Positions 40,423-51,600 of a DNA stretch of 64,000 nt are shown piece by piece; positions within the stretch are counted from its first letter, which is position 1, and every line of letters starts with the position of its first letter. The position numbers and the translations under genes were made by a program. The DNA is from Candidatus Uhrbacteria bacterium (GTDB lineage Bacteria > Patescibacteriota > Patescibacteriia > UBA9934 > GWF2-40-263): contig JACPHX010000003.1 in assembly GCA_016188425.1 (NCBI GenBank), forward strand, positions 18,606-82,605, given 5' to 3'. The notes under the pieces are model-generated. The model saw only the letters and a program-made list of their open reading frames with translations. It was not told the DNA's origin and searched no databases.

Positions 40423-41079
40423 ATGGAAGAGATACTTAAATACATTCAGGACTACGGATTCATGACCGTGTTTGCGGGCGCGGGCATGTTTTTCCTGATC
40501 AAGTTCGCACTGCTCAAATACCAGCAAATGGAACGCAGCATGTTGGAACAAAGCGTCGCCGAACCAAGGAAACACGCCTTCTTCCAAAAGGTCGATTACA
40601 TCCTGCGCTACAAACTCCCAGACATTAAGCTGAGCTCGAAAGGCACTTATTGCGAAGGCAGGACGGCCATGTTCCGAGACATGTTGAAGACAAAATTCGA
40701 ACTCTGGCGCGATATGGTCGCAAAGATTTGCTCCATGGATTACGAGCACATGTCGAGCGGAGACATCAGGCAGACGTTCACCCAAGAAACGCTTGATCTG
40801 GTGACCGAGTATGAGAGCGAATGGCAGAAAAACGGCGTACCAAAAATCGTGGTTTCAAAATTCCACGAATGGCACGACAACCATGCCGAAATGTTCTTGG
40901 GGACGGTCGACAGCATTACGCTCGGCGCCTGTTTCGGAAGCCAGCGCGAGATCATCAACGCCATACTGGAAATGAACATGCTCATGGTGTTGCTCACCCT
41001 GCTGGACGCCGAAAAGACTCTTGGAGACCTGAACGGAGAAATCTCTGGACTGGAATACAAAGGTTTGAAACTTCTCTAA
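40423..41079 (+). CDS. Hypothetical protein with N-terminal TM
   Basis: IQDYGFMTVFAGAGMFFLI TM segment, helical remainder. Confidence 0.6.
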   Translation: MEEILKYIQDYGFMTVFAGAGMFFLIKFALLKYQQMERSMLEQSVAEPRKHAFFQKVDYILRYKLPDIKLSSKGTYCEGRTAMFRDMLKTKFELWRDMVAKICSMDYEHMSSGDIRQTFTQETLDLVTEYESEWQKNGVPKIVVSKFHEWHDNHAEMFLGTVDSITLGACFGSQREIINAILEMNMLMVLLTLLDAEKTLGDLNGEISGLEYKGLKLL

Positions 41080-41089
41080 TCCTAAAAAG

Positions 41090-41746
41090 ATGCCTTACAT
41101 TCAATACGAAAACATCACGGGAGACGGAAGCGCAACCGAGTTCACGCTCGGGCAAAACTTTCGCAACGGCACTTGCCGCATTGAATACAATGGCAGGCTC
41201 TTTTATGAATATTGGGAAGTTTCGCCGAACAAGATCAAATTTGATTTCGCTCCTTCGGCCGATGACTTGGTGAAAGTTTCGTACTACACCGCCAATGAAG
41301 CTGGCCGACTCAACGCCGTCCGTTACCTGACGCCAAAACAGTATTTGGAATTGAGCGATTCTGGAAACGAAACCCCGCCCGAGGATGAAGCGATCGAAAA
41401 GAAAATCCGCGAGGCGGAAATGTTCATCGACGCATTCTGCGGATTCTGGGAAAAAGCCGACGAAACCCAGCAACTCCTGTTCCCGCGCATTGTCGATATT
41501 GATAATGAGGAAAAGTACCCAGTGATTCCCAAAGAGATCACCAAGACCACCGCGTTATTTATCGACATGATCCTGAACGGAAACAACGGCGGAAATGAAG
41601 AGATCGTCGAGGAATCCATCGGCAACTACAGCTACAAGAAATCGACCAGCGCGCAGGCCGAGACAATCGACGACAAACTGCTGCCGATCAAAGTCATGCT
41701 CAAGGGCTTCCGCAAGCTCACGGGCAAAATGAACATTAACCTGTAA
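41090..41746 (+). CDS. Head-tail adaptor-like protein
   Basis: FIDAFCG, FPR, EESIGNYSY; extra N-terminal beta domain (GDGSATEFTL). Confidence 0.7.
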   Translation: MPYIQYENITGDGSATEFTLGQNFRNGTCRIEYNGRLFYEYWEVSPNKIKFDFAPSADDLVKVSYYTANEAGRLNAVRYLTPKQYLELSDSGNETPPEDEAIEKKIREAEMFIDAFCGFWEKADETQQLLFPRIVDIDNEEKYPVIPKEITKTTALFIDMILNGNNGGNEEIVEESIGNYSYKKSTSAQAETIDDKLLPIKVMLKGFRKLTGKMNINL

Positions 41747-41750
41747 AACC

Positions 41751-42055
41751 ATGTCATTTTTTGAATTGCTCACACAAACGGCGACAATCCAAGAACAGCA
41801 TGCTTCCAATGTCGGGGGCGCTGTGCAAAAGACATGGACTGACCGATTAAGCGCTCCAGCCCGTCTTGTCGCCAACGGCGGCAGCATGCGCAAAGGCGCC
41901 GAGACCTTGGAAAAGTACACTCGCGGAGACTTCACGCTCTTTCTCGGATATCACCCAGAGGTCACCGAAAAAATGCGCGCCGTCATCGAAGGGATCGTGT
42001 ACGCAAACAAAATTACGACCACATGGAGCTTCAGCTTAATAAAGTAACCGCATAA
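41751..42055 (+). pseudogene. Head-closure/stopper protein with frameshift near 42002
   Basis: The expected DHMELQL C-terminal motif lies in the -1 frame, ending TAA at 42055. Confidence 0.55.
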
Positions 42056-42057
42056 CC

Positions 42058-42414
42058 ATGGCCATACGAGTAACAGGAATCGCAGACGTTCTGGAATCCC
42101 TTACCAAGGGCATTCAGGGCTATAGCGAAAAAACTGCAAAGGCGACCATGCAGGCGGGACTCAAGACGGAATACTTCGTCAAACAGATCACGCCAGTGCG
42201 AACTGGAAACCTTAAATCCAACATCAATACGCAAGTGATTTCCAAGGCAAAAGATAAAGTCGAAGCCTTCGTAGGCACGAACGTCTCGTATGCGCCTCAT
42301 GTGGAATTCGGAAACAAAAACATGGAACCTCGAGCCATGTTCAGAAGAGCCATCGACGAACACGGCAAAGAAATCTGGGAAACCTTTAATAACTCACTTA
42401 AGAAACAATCATGA
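42058..42414 (+). CDS. HK97 gp10-family neck protein
   Basis: TPVRTGNLKSNI, VGTNVSYAPHVEFG, PRAMFR.A. Confidence 0.85.
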   Translation: MAIRVTGIADVLESLTKGIQGYSEKTAKATMQAGLKTEYFVKQITPVRTGNLKSNINTQVISKAKDKVEAFVGTNVSYAPHVEFGNKNMEPRAMFRRAIDEHGKEIWETFNNSLKKQS

Positions 42415-42745
42415 ACCTAAAAACCGCCATCTTCGAACAGCTGACCAATGACCCTGCGATCACTGCGATCGTGGGCGAACGCGTTTACCGCACCTTTGCT
42501 CCCGAAGCGACCCTGCCATTTATTTCTTTTCAGCGGATTACCGCCGTCAACCAAAACGACATCGACTGCATGACCGAGCGTTATCAGTTTGACCTCGTCG
42601 GCTCGGTTGAGAGCGACGACACGCTGGAAGGGTAAAGAACACGTGGCTCGAAATCATTGCGGACGGCTTCAGCGAAGACAATACTTTGCGCCGAATCACA
42701 GTCGACTTCAAGTTCGCGTATCTGCGCCAAGAACTTGAGCAATAA
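42411..42745 (+). pseudogene. Tail terminator (DUF3168-like), split by frameshift at ~42631
   Basis: VGERVY...LPFISF..RYQFD stops at 42635; the C-terminus RRITVDFKFAY continues in another frame, 42632-42745. Confidence 0.6.
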
Positions 42746-42856
42746 ATTTCACCCGTCCGCGAGGTGGAAAAACTGAGGCATATAGCCCGCTTACGCTTGG
42801 AATGAATTCCAATGCTAAACGCGGGCATTTTTATTAACCATTTAACTCTCATCACT

Positions 42857-43624
42857 ATGTCACAAACGAACATTCAACGAAACGAGGCGCTGCGCTACGG
42901 CTCAGTAACTCTTTTCATCGGAGACGACTTCGGATCGCTCATCAATGTGGGCGCCATCCGAAACATGTCCTTCGAACACAAGGCGGAAAACATCGAGGTC
43001 GCCTTCGATAACGTTCCTTCCATCAAGAAATTCAAAAACGGTAACAAGGCGTCATTCGTCTTCGACTTGGCTGAAATCGACCTGACCACTTTCGCCTACA
43101 CCGACGCTGGGCTGGTCGTGCAGACCAATACCGCAGGCGCGCCCGTGAATATCACCAACGAAAACCTCGTCTTGACTGGCGTGCTTGGAAAAGCTTTGCA
43201 GAACAAGAACGGCAACGGCGCGGTAGTCACTGGAATCGTGGTAACCGACGAAGGAGGATCAATCACATACGTTCTCAATCAGGATTACACCGTGCAGATC
43301 GGAGCCGACGGCTACACCAGAATCGCCCGCATTGAAGGCGGAGACATCGACGAAGGCGACACTCTGCTAGTGGATTACACTTACACGCCGAACGCCAGCA
43401 AGAAAGTGACCTTCTACACAGGCGGAACCAAAACTTACAAAGTCGCGCGGATTGTGAACGTGAACAATGACGGCAAAGAATTCCGCATTGATCTCGAAAA
43501 CGTCACCAACATCAAACCGCTCACCACTCCGTTCCAAGCCGATGACGGCGACGGAATCATGGTCTGCTCCATCGAGCTTTCGGGAACCGTAAAAGAAATC
43601 GTCGATGAGCAAAGCGTCTCTTAA
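42857..43624 (+). CDS. Major tail tube protein
   Basis: Position, beta-rich sequence, inserted DYTV...VDYTYTP domain. Confidence 0.7.
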   Translation: MSQTNIQRNEALRYGSVTLFIGDDFGSLINVGAIRNMSFEHKAENIEVAFDNVPSIKKFKNGNKASFVFDLAEIDLTTFAYTDAGLVVQTNTAGAPVNITNENLVLTGVLGKALQNKNGNGAVVTGIVVTDEGGSITYVLNQDYTVQIGADGYTRIARIEGGDIDEGDTLLVDYTYTPNASKKVTFYTGGTKTYKVARIVNVNNDGKEFRIDLENVTNIKPLTTPFQADDGDGIMVCSIELSGTVKEIVDEQSVS

Positions 43625-43641
43625 CATTTAATCCTTAACCT

Positions 43642-43980
43642 ATGAGCCGAATATTCGATGCAGATAGCCACGCGCTCCTCTCCGACCATGACGTCTTCAA
43701 GGTCGGCGGCAAGGAGTACAAAGTGCCAGACATCAAAATGAAAACAATGCTTCAGTTCGAAAAACTGGAGCAATCGAATGCGAGTAAATTCCAGACTATG
43801 GTGGATCAAATCCACTTGGTCTTGAAGGATTGCAACAAGATCACCAAAGACGAAATCGAAGGCTGGGGCTTCAAGACGTGTCTCGCCTTCATCATGTGGC
43901 TCTTTGAGCCGCTCAAGGAGCTGGGTCTAAAAAAAACGGAAGAGCTCTTAAAGAGCGAGAAACCAGCCGAAAAGGAGTAA
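43642..43980 (+). CDS. Tail assembly chaperone (G)
   Basis: Between MTP and TMP; slippery A8 run at 43929-43936. Confidence 0.75.
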   Translation: MSRIFDADSHALLSDHDVFKVGGKEYKVPDIKMKTMLQFEKLEQSNASKFQTMVDQIHLVLKDCNKITKDEIEGWGFKTCLAFIMWLFEPLKELGLKKTEELLKSEKPAEKE

Positions 43981-44189
43981 GGCTCGGCGAGATGTTCGCC
44001 CAGATGATCAGGTACTACAACGGCGGATTCGATCATTGGAAACTCCTTCGGCTCACGTACAAGCAATTCCTCATGTACTACTCCTGCCTCATGGACATGC
44101 TGGAATCCGAAAACGGCAAGAAAACCGACAGGCCGAAAAAAGACCCGCTCGAGGCAATGAAGGAAGTTAAAAACATTATTCAATCTTAA
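43935..44189 (+). CDS. Tail assembly chaperone T part (via -1 frameshift)
   Basis: The -1 frame is open from the A-run into the ORF 43992-44189 (LRLTYKQF). Confidence 0.7.
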   Translation, partial: NGRALKERETSRKGVRLGEMFAQMIRYYNGGFDHWKLLRLTYKQFLMYYSCLMDMLESENGKKTDRPKKDPLEAMKEVKNIIQS

Positions 44190-44194
44190 ACACC

Positions 44195-46564
44195 ATGGCA
44201 TTCGGAACTGCAAACATCGTCGGAGAACTTGGGGTCAAGATCACGGGTTATACCGCAGACCTCGAGTCCTCGCTCAAGAACGCAACCAAGGAGATCAAGA
44301 CCTTCGGCCTCAGCGCCGAGTCAACGGAAAAGATCGCCAAAATCGCGTTCACAGGCATTGCCGCCGCAGCAACTGCGCTTGCGGCTGGTTTGACGATCTC
44401 GGTGAAAAACGCCGTGGAGTTTGAGAAAGGAATGACCAATATCGCGACGATCGTCGACACCAACACTGAAAGTTTGAAAGACATGGGAAATGCGGTCTTG
44501 GATATTTCCAAACGCACGCCCGTGCAAATTTCGGAACTGACGGCGACTCTGTACGAAATCCGCGACGCTGGCATCTCAGCCGATGACGCCATGGAAGTGT
44601 TGGAAAAATCTGCGCAACTCGGTGTCGTTGCGCTTGGTACCACGGCTGAAGCAGCTGATATCGTCACGAGTGCAGTGAATGCATTTAAGCTTAATGGTGA
44701 GGAAACTCAAAAGGTCTACGGATATGTTTTCGAGGCAGCCAAAGCTGGCAAAACAAACCTGTCCGAGCTTGCAAATGGGTTCGGATCAGTGGCCGCCATG
44801 GCGGCACAAGCCAATATCGAACTGCCAGAATACTTAAGTGCGGTCGCAGCTCTCACCACAACTGGCCTCCCAGCTTCGCAGGCAAATGCCGAATTGAAGT
44901 CGGTTATTGCTGGTGTCACCCGTGAAGGAAAAGAACTAACTAAAGTGCTTGATAATTTGGAAGCGAAATCATTCAAAGAGCTGATGGATAAAAAGGGCGG
45001 CATGGTGAATGCCTTTAAGGCGATCACTGAGTCCGTGAAAAACGACGATGCCGCAATAATTTCCATCTTTGGATCGATTAGGGCATACAACGCGGTCGTC
45101 CAGCTGTCGGGAGACCTAAACGGCGTGTATAACGAATCCCTTGCGAACATGGAAAACGGCGCGCAAAGCGTCACTGAAGCATTCGAAAAGCAGAAAGCTA
45201 CCGTATCGGCTCAGTGGCAGACGATGAAAAACAATCTCGAGGCGCTCAGCATTCAAGTCGGCAGCGCATTGCTTCCCGCCTTGAACCAAGCTCTTCAAGC
45301 GGTAACCGCATTCATCGATAAAATTCCAGCGATAGTCGATCAACTTAAAGACTGGGTGGAAAACAATGATTGGGTACAGGGTGCGCTCATTGCGCTGGGT
45401 TCAATCCTGACTGGTTTGGCAATTTCCGTGATCCCTTCGCTCGTTGTTTCCCTTGGCAGTTTGATTGCAACCGTCGCCGTAGCGGCCGCGCCCTTTGTGG
45501 CGATCGGCCTGCTCATTACGGCAATTTACGTCGCAATCAAGAATTGGGATCAGATCACCGCATTCGTGCAGGACGTTTGGAATAAGGTCGTGGATTACAC
45601 CATGAAGGCATGGGAATGGATGAAGCCTTACGTTGAAGGCGCTCTTCGAGTGGTCTTAGCAATTATCACGGGCGGACTGAGTGAAGCTGTGATTTATTTC
45701 GTCCAGAATTGGGACAAGATCAAACAAGCCGCGATCAGTTTCTGGGAATGGATCAAGCCATACGTGGAAGCCTCGCTTCGCGCGGTGCTCGCCGTGATCA
45801 CTTTCGGTTTAAGCGAGCTGGTTATCTTCACCGTTAAGAACTGGGATCAAATCAAGGCGACTACTATTGCAGCATGGGAAGGCATTAAAGCCTCCGCTGT
45901 CGCAATCTGGAATGCCATCGTCGGATTCTTGGAAGGCATTTGGCAGAGCATCAAGAACCTGTTTAACGCAGGGCTAGACGCCGTCAACAAAGCATGGACT
46001 ACGACATGGAACGGAATCAAAGACTTCGCCGTGAATACTTGGACTTCCATCAAAGACCTCGTCAATCAAGGCATTGAGGCGGTCGCTGGTATTTTCCAAG
46101 GCGGAATCAGCATTATCGGAAACGCTTGGCGGTCTATTTGGGACAACGTCGTGAATATCGTGACGGGCGTTTTCAATACGATTCAAAACACCGTCAACAA
46201 CATCATCTCGTGGGTTCAACGCGCCCTCGATAAGATCAATATTTTCAAAAGTGAGCAAGCTTCCGTGAATAAAGGAAGTTGGGCTTTTGGCGGATACACC
46301 TTCGGTGGAGTGAATCAGGTCGCAGGCATCGTGCACGGCGGAGAATGGGTCGCCCCTGCGTGGATGGTCGATAAATACTCTGGACTCATAGGGCAACTGG
46401 AGGCGGTTCGAACCAGAGGCTTCAAATCAGGCGGACACGTAAGGAACGGCGTCACGAACAACAATCAAAGAACCGTCACGCAAAACATCACCCAAAACAT
46501 TCGGGAAGGTGTTGATTTTTCAATTGCCGCAAGAGAGCTCTCGTGGCGCGCTCGATTCAGCTGA
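44195..46564 (+). CDS. Tape measure protein (TP901 family)
   Basis: TP901 core (LYEI.DAG, GKT.L.EL), Trp-periodic repeats, C-terminal GIVHGGEWV. Confidence 0.92.
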   Translation: MAFGTANIVGELGVKITGYTADLESSLKNATKEIKTFGLSAESTEKIAKIAFTGIAAAATALAAGLTISVKNAVEFEKGMTNIATIVDTNTESLKDMGNAVLDISKRTPVQISELTATLYEIRDAGISADDAMEVLEKSAQLGVVALGTTAEAADIVTSAVNAFKLNGEETQKVYGYVFEAAKAGKTNLSELANGFGSVAAMAAQANIELPEYLSAVAALTTTGLPASQANAELKSVIAGVTREGKELTKVLDNLEAKSFKELMDKKGGMVNAFKAITESVKNDDAAIISIFGSIRAYNAVVQLSGDLNGVYNESLANMENGAQSVTEAFEKQKATVSAQWQTMKNNLEALSIQVGSALLPALNQALQAVTAFIDKIPAIVDQLKDWVENNDWVQGALIALGSILTGLAISVIPSLVVSLGSLIATVAVAAAPFVAIGLLITAIYVAIKNWDQITAFVQDVWNKVVDYTMKAWEWMKPYVEGALRVVLAIITGGLSEAVIYFVQNWDKIKQAAISFWEWIKPYVEASLRAVLAVITFGLSELVIFTVKNWDQIKATTIAAWEGIKASAVAIWNAIVGFLEGIWQSIKNLFNAGLDAVNKAWTTTWNGIKDFAVNTWTSIKDLVNQGIEAVAGIFQGGISIIGNAWRSIWDNVVNIVTGVFNTIQNTVNNIISWVQRALDKINIFKSEQASVNKGSWAFGGYTFGGVNQVAGIVHGGEWVAPAWMVDKYSGLIGQLEAVRTRGFKSGGHVRNGVTNNNQRTVTQNITQNIREGVDFSIAARELSWRARFS

Positions 46565-46576
46565 TAACCAAAAACT

Positions 46577-47518
46577 ATGCTCGGAATTTCCTACACATAC
46601 AATGGCATTACCATTAACGACCTTGAGAAAGACGCTCTCACGGGTGTGCCTTTTGCGTCTGAACAGGAACGGGCAAACGGCTCCGTTATCAGCATTATTG
46701 AAACACCGAGCGGATTCCATTCTCCCGAACTCAGACATTCAGAGGAAGCCAGACAAGGCCAGCACGGCATTCTCGATTACGACACTTTTGTCGGCAAGCG
46801 AGCCTTGGTATTCACTGGTCAGCTTATCGCTCCAGATCGGGAAACAATGGTCGCATTGGTCGATAAATTCCAAAAGGCTTTTACCGTGAGTGCCGTGCCC
46901 AGCAAAGATGACGGCTACCGCGAATTGCTTTTTACCGAAGAAGACGACATCGCCAAAAAGGTATTCGCGAAAGTCGACAAAATGCCCGACTACGCCGAGG
47001 AACTGGGATTTCCGTTCGTGCGCAACTTTATCGTGGCGCTCAAATGCAAAGAACCTCGAAAGCTCTCGCAGTCAATAAAAACCCAGCCAGAAATCAAAGC
47101 GGATATTCTGGGCGGGCAAATCATCATCCCGTTTAAACTGCCTTTGAAAATAGGCTGGAATTACGTTTATAAAAAGACCTTGGTAAACGCGGGAAATTTC
47201 GCAGCGTCTCCCGTTATCACGATTTACGCGCCATGCGTTAACCCTAAGATACTGAATCGCACCTACGACGTTTTCATGCAGTTTATCTGCACCCTCGAAG
47301 GCAATGATTACCTGAGAATCGACGTCCTTGAAGGAACGGCGACCGTGCACCGCGAAGACGGCTCGACCGAAGACGCCCTGCTTGTGCTTACCAACAATAG
47401 CGAGTTTTTCTATCTGCTCTCTGGCGAAAACGAGGTCGTGTTTTTGGAAGAAAGCGGAGTGCCGCCCGTAAACAATTATTCATACGCGCAGATCGAGTGG
47501 TCTGACACGTGGCTTTAA
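46577..47518 (+). CDS. Distal tail protein (Dit-like)
   Basis: After TMP; NAGN...PVITI, NPKI.N, LLSGENEV. Confidence 0.75.
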   Translation: MLGISYTYNGITINDLEKDALTGVPFASEQERANGSVISIIETPSGFHSPELRHSEEARQGQHGILDYDTFVGKRALVFTGQLIAPDRETMVALVDKFQKAFTVSAVPSKDDGYRELLFTEEDDIAKKVFAKVDKMPDYAEELGFPFVRNFIVALKCKEPRKLSQSIKTQPEIKADILGGQIIIPFKLPLKIGWNYVYKKTLVNAGNFAASPVITIYAPCVNPKILNRTYDVFMQFICTLEGNDYLRIDVLEGTATVHREDGSTEDALLVLTNNSEFFYLLSGENEVVFLEESGVPPVNNYSYAQIEWSDTWL

Positions 47519-47528
47519 CTTTGTCCGT

Positions 47529-48617
47529 ATGTACACAATCGACATCCTCAACAAGAACAATACGGCCTTCAGCAAAATCCTCAATCCGCAGGGGTTGAAT
47601 TTCAAGCTGACACTTACGGGCAAAGACACGGCCAAGTTCAACTTGCCGCTCACTCATCCGCGCGCGGACGCGGAAAATCTGAAGAAGCATAACCGTATTG
47701 TCATCAACCGAGTGAATCCGAAAGACCGCACCGATGTACGGAGAATCTGGGTTGGCTACATTGAAGCCGTGCGGATCGTGGACGACAACAACCTCGAAGT
47801 CGGCTGCAAGGGAGTATACCAACTGTTCGATAAGCGCGTCGTGACCCGAAGTTTTACCAACTGGCAAGGCGGATTAGCGGTTTTTGAAATTCTGAACGTC
47901 AAACTGAATCCAACTGATGACACTGGGATAACTCAGGGTGACACTGACGTTACCGACATTTTCTCGCATGACTTTTTTCAGATGCAGGCCAGCAAAGCCT
48001 TTGAAAAAATCGAGGAAGCCACGCTCTGCGAAATACTCACCGACACCGACTTCAAGCTGAACTGCAAGAAGCAGATCGGCGAGGATAAAAGCTCAAGCGT
48101 GATTTTCCGTTTTATCAGAAATCTGCAAAACGCCAACTCGATAGACGGCTTCACCTTGCTGCAGGAAGGCAAGGAACTTTTCAACAAAATTGTCTGCTAC
48201 GGAAAGAACAATCTCATCACGGCCGTTCGGCAGGACAACGCATCGATTGCCGAATTCGGACTGCTGGAAAAAGTTCGCTACTTCACCGAGATCGAAGACC
48301 AAAACACATTGAATAAAAACGCCGAGGCGCTTTTGGCATTTCATAAACCGATCAAAGAGATTCCGAGCATCAGCCCGAACAAAACCAAGATCGACCTTTT
48401 CGAGTACGGCATCGGCGACCGCGTGCGCGTGATCATCAAGCACGGGATTCTGGATTTCGACCAGATTCACCGCATTTTATCGATCACCGTTACCGTCGGC
48501 CGCAATAACGAAGAGTCCATCAATATCGAGATCGCTCAGGAAGGCACGAAGAGCGTGAAGAGCGATGAAGAACAGCTGGCGGAGCTCGCTCAACGGGTGG
48601 AAGAGCTCGAATCCTAA
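47529..48617 (+). CDS. Tail hub/Tal-like protein (Gp37-like)
   Basis: After Dit; SIAEFGLLE, YGIGDRVRV. Confidence 0.7.
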   Translation: MYTIDILNKNNTAFSKILNPQGLNFKLTLTGKDTAKFNLPLTHPRADAENLKKHNRIVINRVNPKDRTDVRRIWVGYIEAVRIVDDNNLEVGCKGVYQLFDKRVVTRSFTNWQGGLAVFEILNVKLNPTDDTGITQGDTDVTDIFSHDFFQMQASKAFEKIEEATLCEILTDTDFKLNCKKQIGEDKSSSVIFRFIRNLQNANSIDGFTLLQEGKELFNKIVCYGKNNLITAVRQDNASIAEFGLLEKVRYFTEIEDQNTLNKNAEALLAFHKPIKEIPSISPNKTKIDLFEYGIGDRVRVIIKHGILDFDQIHRILSITVTVGRNNEESINIEIAQEGTKSVKSDEEQLAELAQRVEELES

Positions 48618-48635
48618 TTTTTAATAACAAACACT

Positions 48636-51600
48636 ATGGCAACAAGAGTCTCATACTTAAATGCACTAAACACCTACTGGCAGGATATCGACATTAAAAA
48701 CGTCGAGCGGGATTTTTTTACCGACGGCGTGGCTGATTTTTCCAAGTCCGCGCTGTCTCCCGAAGATGTCGGCGATGACCTGCAGGTTCTGGCGCAAGCC
48801 GTACCCGATAAGACCGTAAAGATCAAAGCGGGCGTTTCATACTTCACTGTGCTCCGCAGTACGGACGTGGACGGAGACGGCACAAACGATGAATTCGTCC
48901 TGCGGTTTCATAATCTGGAAGACATTGTCCTTACCATTCCCGACAACACATCAGGGTCGCCAAAGACATACGAAATTTGTTGCTCAATCCCAGACGCGAA
49001 CATGGATGCGGAAGACATCAACTCGACCGCCTCGAATATCGGTTCTCTTATCGTGCAACTGCAAGGCTCTGATTTGCAAAACAAATATCTCTTGGCCACG
49101 GTGACGGTAGAGAGCGGGTTCACGCAAGTGACGAACGCCAAAATCACCGACCAGAGGAAGAGGGTTCAACTCAAAGCAATTCCCGAAGGACTGACGGCTA
49201 ATATTGATGAGATAAACCTCGCATTGGACGGCATTCTTGCAAGCGCTGAAGACTTGAACATACTTGAAAATACCACGGTGACCAAAGAGGAATTCAATAA
49301 TGCTCTGACGGGCATAGAATCAAGCGCTGACGAACTCAACCTCCTGCACGACGTCGCTGGTCTTGAGAAAACTGACCTCGAAAAACTCGCTGACGTTGAC
49401 GCTTCCGCCGATGAAATCGACCAAGCGTTAGAAGGAGTCTCTCCCGACGTGACTGCCGCAAACCTGAACATTCTCATGGGTGGCGGATTTACGAATTTGC
49501 ATAAACACGCAGCCGATCCGCTATTGAGCGGGATCACTGAAAGCCCGAACTATTTCTATCTTCCGTCTGGAGACGTGGAGGCCGTCTCGGAAAAAGGAAT
49601 CATGACCCGATTCGGTTATGAGGAAGACACAGTGCAAGAAGACTCACAAAACATCGAGGTGGTAAATGACAATTTTCAAGGTTATGAGAGCAATTACAAA
49701 GTCATCACCAACTTTGATAACGAAGCTGGTGAAACCTACACGGGCGGATCGTTCGACACTTCAGAATATAAACAAGGAACTCAAGCCAGAAAATTAAGCC
49801 TCACGACCGACAGCACGGCGACGCTCCTCATTGATATTCCGAGCAAAAACATCTCAGCCTTTTCTGGTTCCGACAAAATTGAATTCTGGGTCTACATCAG
49901 CGCGCTGGCCAACATCGACATGGCCACACTTCAGCTCGGGTCAACCACGCCATCAACAAATTATTTCCAAAACAACTTCCTTTCCCAGCTCACGCAAAAC
50001 GGCTGGAACCACGTATCGATTCCAATGAGCAGTTTCACTCAGGGCGGATCGCCGAACTGGAATAACATCATTCGTGTAAGGCTTGAGTTTTCAACCAGTA
50101 CTGGCGGGGCTTCCGATTTTATTGCTGACAGCATGAGAGTAGTGAAGGCCGCGAATACAACAAACGCCTTCTGGTCGAATGACGCTGGCTTCTGGGAAAT
50201 CCACGACCTCAGCGGACTGAAGCGATACGTCAAAACCGATGAGGTGACGGGAGACAAAAACAGCGTTCTCTCCCTTGGAAACCAGAGCCGTAATTATCAG
50301 AATGGAATATTCACCGCGCGCATCAGACGCTTGCAAGGCTCCTCGAACTCAGGAATCAAATGGCGCTACACGTCACCGACCAGTTGCTATTGCGCCTACT
50401 TCACGGGTACGGAACTCAAATTCGCAAAGAATGCGGGTACTGTGATCCTAAGCGTCGCTTATGTGATAAGCGCCAACACGGATTACTGGTTGCGCGTTGC
50501 CTTCAACGGGGCTTCGGTCATTATTTCCACCTCGCTTGACGGCATCACATTCACAACTCAAATCTCAACAACCGATTCAAGCATTACGACTGCAGGACAA
50601 GTCGCATTGTTCGATAACGGAAACATCACGGCTTTCGACAAGGTCATTCTTCAACAAACCTCAATCACTTATGAGCGCGATGTCGCCGATCGTCTCTTTA
50701 AGATCGAGGAAAATACGGGAGAGGGTGAAAAGTTTGACGGCTTCGGTTCATTCTTCAAACGAATTGCCACCTTTGAGACCGAGGAAAACACCATGACTGG
50801 CGGTGCAGCGGATACGACGAACTACAAGACGGGAAGCCAAGGATGGAAAGTAAGTGCGGCCTCTTCTTACGCATACGACAACACGCTGAACCTCGATCTG
50901 ACAAAATTCGAAGACGGGATCAGCTCAGCCAACACCGATGTGATTGCTTTCTGGGCTTACATCGCAACGGAAATACCGACATCGATTCGTCTGGAACTCT
51001 CAGTGACTCAGGATGTGAAAGAAGCGGAAGCAACGATTAACACGGCCAGCTTGGCGCTCGGCTGGAATTATATTGAAGTGGCAAAGTCTGCATTCACAAC
51101 GATTGGCGGATTCGATTGGTCATCAGTCAAACAAGTCCGCTTCTGGTATGTCCACGGCAATAGCAATCCAAAGGTGACATTCGACTCAATTCAGCTCGTG
51201 AAAAGCAACGGAATAGTTACGAGCAAATACGATACGACAAACGGCAAATGGTTGATCGAAAAGGACATCGAAAACAGCAATCAATATTTGGTGCAATCGG
51301 ATGAAGCAGCTGGTGAAAAATTCCTCGCTCTGAAAACCGATGGCGAAAAGAATATCTTCCAAAACTTTACGTATCGGGGAGCCTTCAACGCTCGACGCGG
51401 CAATGCCTGTGCATTGATCTTCAAGTATCAAAATTTCACCAACTTCCTGAGACTGCAAACCAAAGACGGCAGGATTTCATTCGTGAAAAGAGTGGCTGGA
51501 ACCGACACTGTCTTAGGCGAAGAAATGGCATTCACGCCGACTACGGCCGACTTCTTCTATCTAAAAGTCGAGTGCGACAGCAATAGCTTCAAGTATTACT

